From the IMG/VR virus record IMGVR_UViG_3300037453_000152: DNA of 64,000 nucleotides; one strand, written 5' to 3'. The notes beneath the pieces were generated by a model that saw only the letters and a program-made list of their open reading frames with translations, made no database searches and was not told where the DNA came from. The DNA is from a virus (Duplodnaviria; Heunggongvirae; Uroviricota; Caudoviricetes). Positions 27,262-40,938 of the stretch are shown here, one piece after another. Positions within the stretch are counted from its first letter, which is position 1; every line of letters begins with the position of its first letter. The translations under genes were made by a program, and so were the position numbers.

Positions 27262-30200
27262 TTATGCCCAAGTTACAGTTCCATCTGAGTTAAAAACTAA
27301 AGTGTGTCCGCTAACGGTTAGCGTTCCACCCTAGCCAATACCAATACTATCAGCATTTAAATGGCCATCAATACTCACCTAATTAGATGGTCTAAAATTA
27401 ATTTCACTACCAATAATTGCAATATTTGTATTAGAAGATAAACCTAATACATTTCCATAAAAATTACTACTTGATACTGCTCCAATAGTTCCTAATCCGG
27501 AGATAGTAATTGAACCAGCTGTTAAATAATTTCCCGCATCAACTCCTCCGGAAAATGATCCACCGGCTGCGCTTATATATCCCGCAAAATTTCCACTTGA
27601 AGCGTATAAATTAGAAACCTCAATAGTAGAAAAAGAGCCTCCTGTAGCAGAAATATCTGTAAAAGAACCTCCATCAGCTGTCAATCTACCAGTCCATGAG
27701 ACTTTAAATCTACTACCAATTTTTAGTGGATAGTCATTATCATTTGAGCTTAAAATAAAAGTTTTTGAATAACTTTGAGAAGTTGTTGTTCTAACTATCT
27801 AACGAGTGCTAGTATTGTATGAATAAGAGGTCGTATTTTCGCTGACAAACCCTTTTGAAGCTCTAATTTCAAAATCATATCCAGTGATTCTACCGTCTTT
27901 TAAGTTAAACTACAAACCAGTCTAATTTGAAGTGCTAAAATCGCTGGACTATAAATAATATGATGAATCTCCAATATGTATCAAAGTATTATTATTAATA
28001 TCTTTTATTTGAAAATATGGGCTGACTGACGAGAGAATAGAAGAAGCTCTTGTAATATTGTCTGATCCAGTCTAATTACTAATCATCTAAATTTTTCCAT
28101 CATCAATATCAATTAACATACCATTTCTATCAGATGAGTTTCTAAGCCAGTTGGAAGAATAAATCTAAGATTTGTTGCCATTTAAATAAATTCTTCCTTT
28201 TCCGTCTTTTCCAAAAAACGCTGTTCCATCATCTTTTAATGCGTAAGACATTGCACCATGATTAAAACCATAAACACCAGTCTAAGCTGATACAAAAGAA
28301 TCTGTATCTGTCCTAGACCAGTCTCCAAGAACAACACCGGTAAACGTATTATCGCGCTCTTTTTTCCCCGCAGCCATTCCATTAGCAACAATTGTTCCAG
28401 TATCATCGTCTGTTGTAATATCTTTACCATTCCACTTATTTAAAGTAGTTGATGGATAATTATCTTGGTAAACCAATATTGGCTATGTCCAATATACTGT
28501 TTCAGAGTTATTCTCCCCGGGAACAACATACTAAACTCCATATACTGGAGCGTTTTTAAAATAAACTCCGGTTGGATTTAATTGCGGATTATTTTTAAAC
28601 TAATACTATTCATCACTTAAATTTAATGCCGGTGTTTCACTAGTATATTTTTTATAATAAGAAGAATACTATTGTGTAATCAACTAATTATTTTGTTCAT
28701 ATTCCCTAAATTCAATTAATGAAGGAAGAAAATTAGCTTCGGCATCCGCATCTAATTTTGTTTCTCCGCTATCTTTTAAATAATATAATAATCTCCAATA
28801 TCCGGTTGGAAAATCTATTCCATTTATCTATTCTATTTCATTATTATTAAATTGTTTAAAAAATATCTAATAAGGATTTTTTTCAAAATCCAATTCGCCA
28901 GTAGTTGCATATCTTACATCTGTAGGTCCTTCAATATAATCTACTAAGAATTTATCCTAACCGTTTTCTTTTATTTCGCCATTCTTAATTGGAATTGGAT
29001 AATAAGCAACAAGATCATAATCTCCAAAATTACTTAAAGTTAATTGTAAAATAAGTAAAGTCCCAGGAGTGGTATTGCTTGTTTTAGAAATTGTAATCTT
29101 GCGATTCTAAATATTATCATCATCAATATAGGCATATCCACTACTATTATAACTATACTCATAATCTTCTGCCTCTACTGGATAATAATAAGTTTCAACT
29201 TCCTAATATTCATCCCAAGGGTCAATAATAAAAATATCATTATATTTTACAAAATATTTAGCTCGAGTCCAATTAGACGAAATTAAATTATCATAAGCCA
29301 CAAATTCTAACTTATTTTTCTTTTCATTGTCATTTTTTCTTTTTCTATATAACAAATTCTAAAAAGAAGAGATATTTTGTTCCTATACAAACTTTTTCTA
29401 ATTTAAATCATAAGAATAATATAAATTTTCTCCTGCGTCAGCTGGGCTATATGGAAAATAATAATTACTTGCCACATTTGGCAATCCCATAATTACATTT
29501 CCAGACAAAACAGGGTAGAATATATCGTTATCTTCTTTTGTTTTTGAACTTAAGTTACTACTATTATCGCTTGCAGCTTTATACCATTTAGCCTACAGCA
29601 CAGACCTCTCTGGAATATCAATAGCCTAACCGCTAGAATCCATTAAATAGACCTGGCCAGTTATGCTATTATCAAATCCAGGAGAGATGTTCAGCGCGTT
29701 CTTTCCGCCTTCCCACTATAACACAAGTGTATAGTCGGAACCGGAGGTTCCTGCTGTTCCAAACAGCATATTAACCTCTGCCGTATAAGTCTAACCATCT
29801 TTTGCTACCTCTAATCTAACAACATTATTAGTAGCATTTCTGTTTAATGTTTTATTAATAAAATATCCAACAGAAACAACGTCTTCAAACTAATACACAT
29901 TTGCGGGAACCGCGTCAAGCCCCGCGCTCGTGGCTGGAGTAATCATGGAATTCCCCTGCGGAAAAATCCATTTTATAGAAGTATAATTTGTCAAAATTGT
30001 TTTATTATAAACATTATCCTCATTTGGATCAAAAACCGCGGTTAAAGTGCGGATTTCGCCATCTTTCTATTTCCCAATTTTTCCAGCCCTATTATATAAG
30101 AAATAATGTCCACGCTCTTCATCATCATACCTAATTGAAAGAGCGTTCATATCAATAATCGTAGCCTAGCTACGAACTTCATTATTATTTGTAAAAGTAA

Positions 30201-31812
30201 TAACATTACTTGCGGCGACCAGTCTAAAAATTTCTCCTTCTTTTTTTAGCACAATCGCCTTTAATTTCTCTTCTTGTAAATTAACATTTGGCTAAAAACT
30301 AATTTCTAACTAGTCTGTGGTAATGTCATTTTCTGCCGTCGTAGCCCAATCTCCATCTTCGCTTGGAGCAGCCCTATTACCATAAAATCTCTCCCAGTGC
30401 GCTCCCGCGAACTGGTCAGGACTTTGCGCACCGAGCTTGTATCTATACCATCTTACTTGATACTACTCTAAAAACTCATTTGGCTGCATAGTCTTTATAA
30501 CATCGCTCTATGCATCCTTATGAACCCAGCGCAAACCCACATCCTTCAAATTATGCGCTTGCCGCAGCAACGTTAAGAAGTAAGGCCAAAACTCTGGTGC
30601 CGCATATGTAGAATTATTTTTATATGTTTCAGCAAAAGTATTAAAATCAGTTTCCTTTTGATGTATTAACCCAACTGAAATTTTTCCTCTATTTAAGTCA
30701 TTTAAAAATAAATCACTATAGTCTTCGCCAAATAAAGTTTTAAAAACATTATTATTATCGGTATCATCTATTTGTGCATTAATAAAATCATTTACTTCTA
30801 ATGTATTTACACCAGTGTTGTCAACCACATAATCACTAATGTCACCTTTATAATAAGACATTGTGTTATCTGTCATCAATGTAGCAGTATCTGTTGTAAA
30901 TTCTCCTACATCAATTCCTAAGCATAAATATGGATTTTGAATAAAAATATTTGGATTAATAGTTCCAAAATCATTAGAAACTACGTCCGATGCTTCGTAA
31001 ATCATTTCTCCCATATTATTTTTAAAATTACATCTTTGATATGGGAACAATTTAAATCCTATTATTGGATAATCAATATACTCGGCAATATTAAAGACAT
31101 CTTCTTGTGTATAGAAAGTTTCAAAGTTATAAACATTTCCAAAAAAGCTACTACTATCTAAAATTATAAATTTAGAAAAAGTATTTGGCTCTTCTGGAAC
31201 GTCTAAACATTTGAACATAACCTCTAATACTAATCCATAATTACCAACAATAGTATTATATTCATTTAACCAAGTTGAAAACTATGCTTGTAGTCCAATA
31301 CGGGTATATCCCTAAAGTAAAACCGGACCAGAATACCACATATATTGATTACTTCTATAACAATCAGAATCCTAAAATTCTATATCTTCTAAAGGCCAAG
31401 CATAATACCTTTCGTGATGTTCTGGGTCTATAGCGTTAGCCCAATATCCAGCTGTATAATTCTAATCAATAATAATATTGTTTGACAAATCTACAATAGT
31501 CTAAAAAGGTGATTTATATACCATTGGAGTGGTTGTATCATCAACCTGTTTGCCAATAATAATTTTTTGATTATCATAATTACCCTGCGGAATTGTCACC
31601 AAAACTGGATCGTTAACTTTGTATCCAGGTTCGGTGCTATATGCTACAAACTTAGCACTTCCAGTAGACACGGTATATTTGCCCAAGTCCGCATCAGAGC
31701 TATCAACAACCACAGCTTTAATCGTCTAGTCAAACTTGACACTTTCAATCTTTTTGTCAAGCAAAATACCAACCGCATCAAACAAAGTTTCTGCGTAATC
31801 TTTATTAGCCAT
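27262..31812 (-). CDS. Large tail-tip / central fibre-like protein, 1,516 aa (code 15)
   Basis: Lies immediately after the tape measure gene. ATG 31812 is in frame with fragments at 31713, 31218, 28476 and 27684. C-terminal GGSF/SGNF beta-helix-like repeats. TAA at 27262. Confidence 0.6.
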
Positions 31813-31852
31813 ATTTCTACTCCAACCTCCTTTATCACTTTTTCATATTTCT

Positions 31853-31881
31853 ATAATAATATAAAAAATTCCCAAAGTCAA
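31853..31881 (-). promoter_or_regulatory. sigmaA-like promoter TTGACT-N17-TATTAT
   Basis: Sits between the tape measure terminator and the 31812 gene. Confidence 0.45.
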
Positions 31882-31907
31882 ATAAACTATTTAGGCCAAA
31901 AAAAGAA

Positions 31908-31937
31908 AAGAGGGATAGATTAAAAATCTATCCCTCT
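31908..31937 (-). terminator. Terminator after the tape measure gene
   Basis: AGAGGGATAGATT / AATCTATCCCTCT stem followed by TTTTCTTTTTTT on the minus strand. Confidence 0.65.
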
Positions 31938-31942
31938 AAAAA

Positions 31943-34900
31943 TCATTTCGTCGCAAACGCTTTCGGCATAACCGTAGGCCGTCCCGCATACTGCGAAGCA
32001 CGATTGATAAGATTATCAAATGCTTCTTCAATTTCATTATGGTTAACGGCGTTCGGGAACTCTGCATGAATTGTGACTTGTTGTTCAAGCATTGAACCTT
32101 CACTATTATAATATGGCGAAGTCATACCAGATAGGAAGCCTTGCGAGATTGCGCGTTGACCTATTGTGTCGCTAATTTGACGCACTACTCTAATGGCTGC
32201 AAGGAAATTCTCAGTATCGTCCTCGTTGAGAACGAGCTCTTTTTGGTGGAGAACTGCAAGTTTTCCATTTTGAATTCCTCCGTCAGTCCATCCTCCTGTG
32301 TAACCGCCAGTAGCAAATGTTTTTAATCCATAATCAAATCCATCAGCGGTATATCCGGCGCCGCCGCCGCTCATTTTTTTTGTCGCGCCCTATTTTAAAA
32401 CTTTGCCATCTTCATACATAATTACATATGCATAAGCAGTATTCATATTTTCATTACCATATAATGCCTGCGTATAAACGTTTTCTGCTTTATTTTTATC
32501 CGTTGTATTTATTAATATTACTGTTCCACCCTAAGCAAACATTGCTTCAACGGTATAAGTATGAGGTGTTCCCCCGCCGGGAGGCCCTGAATAAGGACTA
32601 TCACCAGTATTGTCGCCAGAATTAGTTGTTGTCGGTGTCTGTGCAGGCGCAGTCGCTGGAACATCGGTTGAACGAGAACTTAAGGCCGCATCCTTGGCAG
32701 CCTCGGCCGCAATAACCTGATTAATAGTATCAATCAGTTGTAAATAACCCTAAATTGTCGCCATAATCTAATCGTATTGTCTTGCCCAGGTTTCAGTTAA
32801 ATTATCAACCTAATCAATTGTGCTATCTAACGCTGGAAGAACATCATTAATCAATTCATTGGCAAGTTCATCATTAGAATCGGTTAAAGCCTTCGTCTTA
32901 GCGTCAAGTTCATCTAAACCAATTTTAGCATCTTCAACAACAACTTTTCTTGCTTCATTGCTCTCTTGGATTGCCTAATCAATCTAGTCAATAAATCCAG
33001 TAGTGTCCTCTGTATAAGTGGCACCTTTATCAATTAAATCTTCGTAATCAGAAGTCCACGCTTCATTATGGGTTGTAACGGCAACATCATCAAGAACTTC
33101 GCAAGCCGTGTAGAAGCTTTCTCTTTGCGCGTATAGTAAATCGTCATAATGCTAAATAATCTCTGCTCTCTTGGCCTGATACTCTTCCTCAGTCATATTA
33201 GCATTATTATGATACTCTTCAGCAAGTTCCATTAACGCTTCATTCTTTTGTCTCTCTGTTTCAAGAATCTTTTCAGCGTAGCTGTTTGCTTGCTCTAACG
33301 CCAAATTATACAAATCATTTTGTTTATCGGCAACATTCTATACGGCATCATTAATCGCGCCTTGGTCAGCAGTATAAACATAGCCATAGTTGCCTTCATT
33401 ATCTCTCTGCAAGCGAACGGTAGACTTGGCATTTTGCGCTTCTTCAAGTGCAATTTGCGCCAAGAGAAGTTCATAACGGGCTTTCGCAATTGCTAAGTCA
33501 GTCTGACTTAATTTCTCTTGGTCTTGCATCGCTTGAATCTAATCAGAGAAATCTTTTAACTTGTGCTTTGCGATCTAACTATCAGTCTTATCAATATCCT
33601 GCGCCAATTTGCGTAACAATGTATTTGTTTCGTAAATCTAATTTGTCTTTGTTAAATATTCATCTTGAACGGCTTGCGCACGGTCCATACTTGAAGCTAC
33701 GTAGTCCCAGCCGAGCCCGTTGGTGAGATACTCTTCAGCGGCGGCCGCAGCCCTTGCAAGACTATTCTCAAATAGCTCATTAGCTTTATTCAAATAGTCT
33801 TCAGCATCTTTATACATTTGTTCTTCAGCTTTACGCGACTATTCAATCGCCGGATCAAGAACAGCTTCTTTATATTCTCTCGCGCCCTCTTCAGAGGTCT
33901 TGAGCAAATCTTCATAAACTTCGCGCGCATGTTGCGCGTTCTCTTCAAACATTTCAAATTGTGCTTTTGATGTTTCAAAGGCGTTTTTAGCAATTTGTGT
34001 TGCTCCGCGAAGCAAAGTATCTAAAGCGCCATAATCTTTTTCTCTACCAGAGAGCGACAATAGACTCTTTAAGTGCTGAATAACAGCGGCCTAATGCGCC
34101 ATCTAGTCAGTAATCTTACTAATCTCATTAAGCGCTTTGCTTAATGTGTCAGAGTAGAACTTGCGCATTTGTTCATTCATATTAAGCAAGGACTCAATCT
34201 CCTATTGGATACCGTCTCTTGCCTATTCAAGCATTTCAACAAACGCAGCCTGTGAAATCTCGCCGGCATCGTAAGCGGCCTGAGCATCCTCCCAGAACTG
34301 CTTGTAATCTTCTGCGCCCTATAAGAATTTCTAATATTGACTTTCTCCGTTTACAGTAAACAGATTTGCCATTACCTCTGGAATCTTATAGACGCTATCT
34401 CCTAAGACTTTAGCAATTAATTGTAATTGTTTTAAGTCTGCATCATTTAATTTAACTTTTATCTCAATTTCATAATTTAACTTTTCAGCATTTAAATCCT
34501 GCCATTGATAGAATAACTCTTCTGCTTCTTGATAAGCATCTTCCAAAAGGTTAAGAGTTTCTTCGTATTGACTCATTGTTTCCTTAACTTTTGAATAGCC
34601 TTCTTCAATAGCTTCCCACTTAGCCTAATTGGCCTCATCCTGCTGCGCATCAGCGCTCAGGCCGTTCCACCAAGAAACATCGGAGTTATATTTCTCAACT
34701 GCCGCACTAATAATTTCATTATAATTAGAAATACGGTTCTCCGAGTCAAACATAATTCCAAGGCCGGAATAAGCAACGCCAGCCATAGCGGCGCCTTTAT
34801 CCAGTGACAGATTGGATTTAATTTCATCAATATATTTTTCTTGCGCTTCGCGCTATTTATTTAAAGCAGCAGTTTCCTGCTCAATTAGTTGAATTCTACC

Positions 34901-37900
34901 CTTACCAAATGCGCGGTCTTTCGCCTTGGAAAGGCGATCAATTGAGCGAGTGAGGTCGGAGATGACTTCTTTTATCTCGTGGTAACGATCTTGCTCACTA
35001 GCTGCATTTTTTAAATCTTTGGTTGATGCTTTTGAACTTCCGCCTCCACCGCCGCCAGAAGATTTTCCTGTTGATACGGTTGAATTACGATACTTAATAT
35101 TACCACCTTGAGATTTTCCAAGCGCGGTGATCTTTAATGCTGTTGCGGAAGTTGTTGTCGTCACTTCAACAGGGGAAGTGTCATAAGTAACTCCATAGTG
35201 ATCCATTAACTATTCATATGTTGAAGGATTTAAATAATCGCCATATGAATTTACAGCTTGCTAAAACTATGGAGTGATATTATATGCTGGAGTATCGTGA
35301 TTAACTTTCTATGTTGTAATTAATTCAGCATCAAATCCAAGAGAAGCCAGATATCTTTTTGCTTCTTCGGCTGTCATGCCTGCAGCATTAACAATTTCTT
35401 CTAATCCATCTAAAACTGACTAATTATCAATACTTACGCCAATTTCAATGTCATCATTGGCCATAATATCATCAATCGCGGCGAACAAATCATTATAACT
35501 ATCTTCATCAATATTAAATTTAACATTTAAATCATGATTAGCTGCATCAAGAAGTTCATAATACGCTTCTTTACTGCCATTAATGGCCTACTCTAATAAC
35601 TATAAATTCTATGCACTTGACAAGAAACTAGAAGACAGCATTGTTGGATCGACATCTAAAATATCTCCATACACATTAGCAAGATCCTACGCCGTTTCAG
35701 CAGAAAGAAAATCATTTTCCGCCATTTCAGTTTTCCAGGCTTCAAGATTTTTTACGGTCTATTCAACGGCCCTATCCCATTTTAGCTGCTCTTTTGCTAA
35801 TTCAGCAAGTTCAGTGGCCATAACTTCTGGATGGAGCTGCTTTTGAACTTCCATTTCATACTCGATAGCTTCGGCATCGAGTTTTTCTGCCTTCGCTTTT
35901 TCGCCAGCGGCAATAGCGCCGAGTAGCATTTGTTTGTTCGCTTCAGTTTGTTCATTATTAAACTGGTTTAACTCATCTGTTGCATTATCATACTCGGCAG
36001 CAAGAGCTTTTAAAGCATTTATTTCTGTTTTATCAGAAACTACTGTTCCATTGGCTTTAGCATTTGCAACAGCAGAATTATATTCTGTTAAAGACTTCGC
36101 GGATGAAATTTGATCATTTAAAAATGCTGATTCAAATTCTTTGAATAGATTAGAATATAAATTACTAAGACCAAACTGCTCTTGTATTTTATAAAGATCT
36201 TCTAAAGAAGTTGCCATACCATATAGACTACGCACATCTTCTGTGGCATCTTCTCCGTGTTTATAAGCGTCAGTAATTTTATCAATTAATTCTTGCCGCT
36301 ATTGGCCCATGACAAGATCATAAAACTCTTCAGCATCACCTTTAAGTTTATAAGTCCCATCGGCCATTTTGACAAAGTATTCATCATAGCCTTCGCCAAG
36401 TTTGGCAAAATCATCTGGTGAAAGAATATCTTTAGATTTTAAAGATTCTAAAACTTTTACAACTTCAGCATACTCTGCCGGGTTAAAAGCTTCAAAAACT
36501 TCTCTAACCTAACCAACATTCTATGTAGCTTTTTCTTTTGCTACCTCAATTATCTCACCAAGAACATCGGCTTCTCCTAATCTTTTGATGGCTTCGTCAC
36601 TAGTTAAGCCACTAGCCACAAGTTCAGCATATTTCTATCCAGCAGTTTCAAATATCTCATTCTAATAATCAGAACCATAAACCTCTTTATTCGCGCCGAT
36701 GGCCATTCTTGCTATTAATTCATTTTGAGTTTTTTCATATTCATTAGCCTATCTTACCGTATTCGCATATTGCTATAATTCTGTCTAACTATCTATTAAC
36801 CCATTGACAAATTTATCAAGAAAATCATTTTCACCATATACACCCAAATCTTGTTGACTGTATCCCATTCCAGCTAAAAGACTAGTTAAATTACTCTTTA
36901 TTTTTGTTGAATCAGTAGAAATAAAATTATCTGGATTTTCAGCTATTTTCGCTAAAACGTCTGATAAAATATCATTATTTGCATTTCCGGCTAAGAGTGA
37001 AAATATCCCGTTATTCTATAAATTAGCACTTAATCTATTCTTAGATACTTCTAGGGTTTGCTAGTTTTGTGCCTTCTGGTTTTCAACGACACCAGCTTGC
37101 GCAACAGCTTGATCATACTATCTTTGACGAAGAACCTCTCTCTATCCCTCTTCATCTAGATAAGGAACTCCATTTTTATCATATCTTACATATTGCGCAA
37201 GTTCTGGATTCTTACTTATTAACTCTGAAATTAAATTATTAATTTCATAAAAAGTATCATACCATTCTTGGGTTCCAACTTTGCATTCTTTAATTTTATC
37301 TCTTAAGCTATCTAAAGAACTATATGAAGAACTTAAATCATTAACAGCATCCTTTGCTTTATTAAGAGCATCAGACAGTTCTTCTCCCTCTTTTTTAAGA
37401 GCTTCTAGTTTTCCAAGTGGACTCTCAGCTTCTGCTTTTTTAATTGCTTTGTATACTAAATAAATAGCCCCCGCTATAAGAGCGAGTGGTATTAAAATGT
37501 AAGCTAAAGCAGTTCCTACAAGCATTAAACTGGCTCCAAATCCCATATTTGCAGTAGTTGCAGCGCCAGTTGCCGCAGCATTAGCTGTCTTAGCTGCCGT
37601 GTCTGCAGTAACCGCAGCAGTTTCTGCCGTTACCCCAAGGAAATTAGCAGCCCAAGAAACAGTATTTTTATTTGTTAAAGCCGTTAATAGGGGTAGTATC
37701 ATTGTAATTGCAGATAAAGTTTGAAGTAACTTTTCTCCATCGCTTAAATCATCATTTTTCCAAATACTACCTAAATTCTAAATGGCGCGTATTGCGGAAG
37801 TTAGAGACATAAGAACACTGCTTAGAGTGGTAATTGATAATGAAACCATATCAACCTATGATTTCATTGAGGCGATAGAAGCTCCACTTTGTTTAGCATT

Positions 37901-40237
37901 TTTACTAACTTTATCATTAGCGTCTGCTGCATTTAAAGCCTTATCTTTAATTTTTTCGTAAGAACTAGCGAGAGCTTCTGCTCTACGCTACGCCTCGGGC
38001 AATTCCATTCCAGACTCTCTAAAAGCTTCCGTTAAATCTTCAACAGATGGTTTAACATCGGCGTCAATTACAGTTGCAATTCTATCCCATGCCTAAGCGG
38101 CCAAATCTGGATCGCTCTCTTGTAAACCAATTTTTAAAAGTTCTAAATCATCCTAAAAATCTTGAGAACCTATACTTGCAGCTTGATAAGCGTCTACTAA
38201 AACCAACAGATCTTGTTTATATTCCTCTATATTACTACTATCAACGGTTTGTTTAGACATTTTCTAAGCATATTTATCAAATGCGATATCTACCTAGTCA
38301 TAAGCATCTTTTAAATTTTTTATCTCAGTCTATATTTGTCTATAACTATCTACAGAAACACCTAATCCATAATTAGCTGCTTGTTTTTCTAATTCCTAAC
38401 TATGTTTAACTTCGGCATCATATGCTTTACCAGCTTCTATTGCTTCTTGCCCCAAAGCTGTATTAACATCATATAATAATTGAGCCTATTTTAACTATTC
38501 TTCGTTTAGTTCGCTAGCTTTTTGTTTAATTATAGTATACAATTCAAGCTAACCATTTAAAGCTGCTTTAGTCCCAGATCCTTCGCCAGTGTTCATTTGC
38601 GAAGTTGCAATATCCATCATTGCGTTTCTAGTCTAATTACGAACATCTTCCGCAGCTTCTCTTCCCTTAGCAGACATCATCTAAAAATCATTAATAGTAT
38701 TTCTTAAGCTAGTCTAAATCTATTGATTAAAAACTTGCATAAAAATACTACCAATTAATGGTAATAGAGTTTTTAATCCGCCAATACCATCAATGAATTC
38801 ATCTACACCTTTTAATGCTTTTTCAAAACCATTTAATAATTTAATAAAGAATTTATCATCCAAAAGATCAGAGTAAATACTCTGCGCTGCTGCCTTTACT
38901 CTCTTCCCAGCGGCTTCCCAAGATTCAGCATAAATATCTGCTTGTCCTTGTAGTGTTCCTTCAGCGCCAGCCGCAAGTTTCTAATTAGATAAAATCTTAT
39001 CATAATTATTCATAATTGCCATAAACTGAGCATATTGTCTAGTGCCGGCAACAGTCTCAGCTAAAGCAACTTTCTATTCTTCTCCAATAGTATTCCATTT
39101 TTCACCTAAATCATTAAGAATACTATCCATATCTTTTAATCCACCATTAGCATCAAGAATATCAACGCCAACGGTTTTTAAAGCTGTGGAATACTTGTTA
39201 AGAGTGACACCATCTTCTAGCGTTTCGCCAAGATTCAAACCTTGAATACGCGCAAATAATGTCTTAAATGCAGTACCTACTACATCAGCGCTCTAACGAG
39301 TTTCTGCTACAACGGTAGCTAACGCAGCAGTAGCTTTTTCATAACTTAATCCAACAGTATCAGCAACCGCAGCAAACTTCTCTAGACCTTGTGCAATTTC
39401 GCTTGAGCTAGAAGCAGTGCTAGCACCTAACTTTGTAATTACATCCGCATAATATTCTAGATTCTTAGAACCATCAGCGAAGTTATTCCAAATAGCAGTC
39501 ATCTAGCTAGAAACTTCTTCTGCGCTTTGACGAGAAACATTGGCTAATTTGATAGTAACATCTGTGCGCGCTTTCACAGCTTCATCATCCAAGCCCTATT
39601 GATAATAAATCAATGCGGCGTCGGTGTAAGCGGTAGTTGTTGTACTAAGTTCTTTTGCAGCACGATTTGCTTGTTCAGCAAACCTAGCCATTTGATCCGC
39701 GTTTTGACCGGTAACAATTCTAATATTATTTAAAGATTCATTTAAATCTTGTGCATAGCCATAAGCGCCTTGAATGGCGCCCATAAACCCATGTAAAATA
39801 CTAGATGAAATTTGCCATCTTGCAGTATTTTTTAAGGTAGTGGCAAAATTGGTTAATAAAGCGCTGGAACGTCTTAAAGGAACCTCAGCCTTCATAATAG
39901 AAGTTGCTAATTGTGAAAATGCCTGCGTTCCTGCTGGCCCCATTGATACAAGAGCATTCTTATAGTCCATTATAGAAGTTTTACTTTTCTATAACTGTTG
40001 ACTAAATTTACTCAAATCAAGATTTCCAGTAGAACTAGTAGCTGATTCTAACTAAACTTTTAACTACGCTGCAAGCTAAGTAGCTTTCTAAATATCTTCA
40101 GAAATACCCATCTAGCCACCGCGCTTTTGCGCAGACGTCATCAACTGGTCTAGCTGCTTTTGTAAAGACTATAATTCTGACTTAGCTTTACTAGTATCCG
40201 CAGTCATCGCCAAATTAACATTTAACTATTTAGCCAT
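31943..40237 (-). CDS. Tail tape measure protein, 2,764 aa (code 15)
   Basis: ATG GCT AAA TAG TTA (MAKQLNVNL). Nine track fragments from 39970 to 32374 are all in one frame. TMP core motifs LNNIRIVTG, ASSSSEIAQGLEK and TFATGGYTG..LAVLHQKELVLN. TGA at 31943. Not every codon was checked by hand. Confidence 0.88.
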
Positions 40238-40273
40238 TTATACTACTCCTTTCTCTCCAAAATATAAAAAAAT

Positions 40274-40303
40274 AAAAGGTAGGAATAATCATTCCTACCT
40301 TTT
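40274..40303 (-). terminator. 13-bp hairpin with U-tract between the chaperone and tape measure genes
   Basis: AAAAGGTAGGAAT / ATTCCTACCTTTT followed by ATTTTTTTAT on the minus strand. Confidence 0.55.
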
Positions 40304-40346
40304 AAACGACTATTCCTATAATTTCTTAAAAAAATAGTCTAATTAA

Positions 40347-40871
40347 TTAACCAAGTTTGGTTAAAACATCTTTTAATAGAGTAAGTGAATTTGGATCCGC
40401 AATCTCATTCTTTAAAGCATCGGCATCCAACTTCAAATTATCATAATCAGTATTCATTGCATCAAGAATGCCATAAATACTATTACGATAATCATAAATA
40501 TTGTTTGCTGTCATATCTAACCAAACATAAACATTACTATATTCGTCTCCTGGAATAGCATCTTTAATCTTCTGCCATAATCCAGAGCCGACAAATAAAT
40601 CATAAACCTTTGAAGGATCTTCTTTCTGTTTATCAGTAAATGTTATATTTGTATATCTATAAATAACTTCCAAAGTAAAGAAAAAATCTAGCTTTGCGGC
40701 ATTAATAAAATTGTTTGCGTCCTAACAGTTATTAAGCACGGCCGCAATTAAATCTACTTTTTCTTGGTACGGAAGATATTGTTTAACTTCAATTTCTTGT
40801 TCGTTATGATGAATAACAACTACATCTGTATTCTTGGTTAAACCAAGTTTTGTATAAGCAATTTTTGCCAT
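40347..40871 (-). CDS. Probable tail assembly chaperone, 174 aa (code 15)
   Basis: Located directly before the TMP gene. ATG 40871, one internal TAG, IEVKQYLP motif, TAA at 40347. Confidence 0.6.
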
Positions 40872-40909
40872 TTAAGACAACTCCTTTTTCTCTTTTTATT
40901 CTTATAAGT

Positions 40910-40938
40910 ATTATAACAAAAATTTTTTATTAGGTCAA
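40910..40938 (-). promoter_or_regulatory. sigmaA-like promoter TTGACC-N17-TATAAT
   Basis: The -35 overlaps the end of the 41868 gene and the promoter points at the chaperone gene. Confidence 0.65.

Noticed and set aside
4200-31900. Phage-specific late promoter motif (TTGG(T/C)CAAA...TATTT) in several intergenic gaps
   Set aside because: Similarity among the four candidates (near 4265, 7712, 18147, 31897) is too loose in AT-rich DNA to support without a motif search.
40238-40400. lambda G/GT-type tail chaperone frameshift
   Set aside because: No slippery heptamer precedes the TAA, and only about 110 bp with a hairpin separate it from the TMP start, leaving no room for a T ORF.
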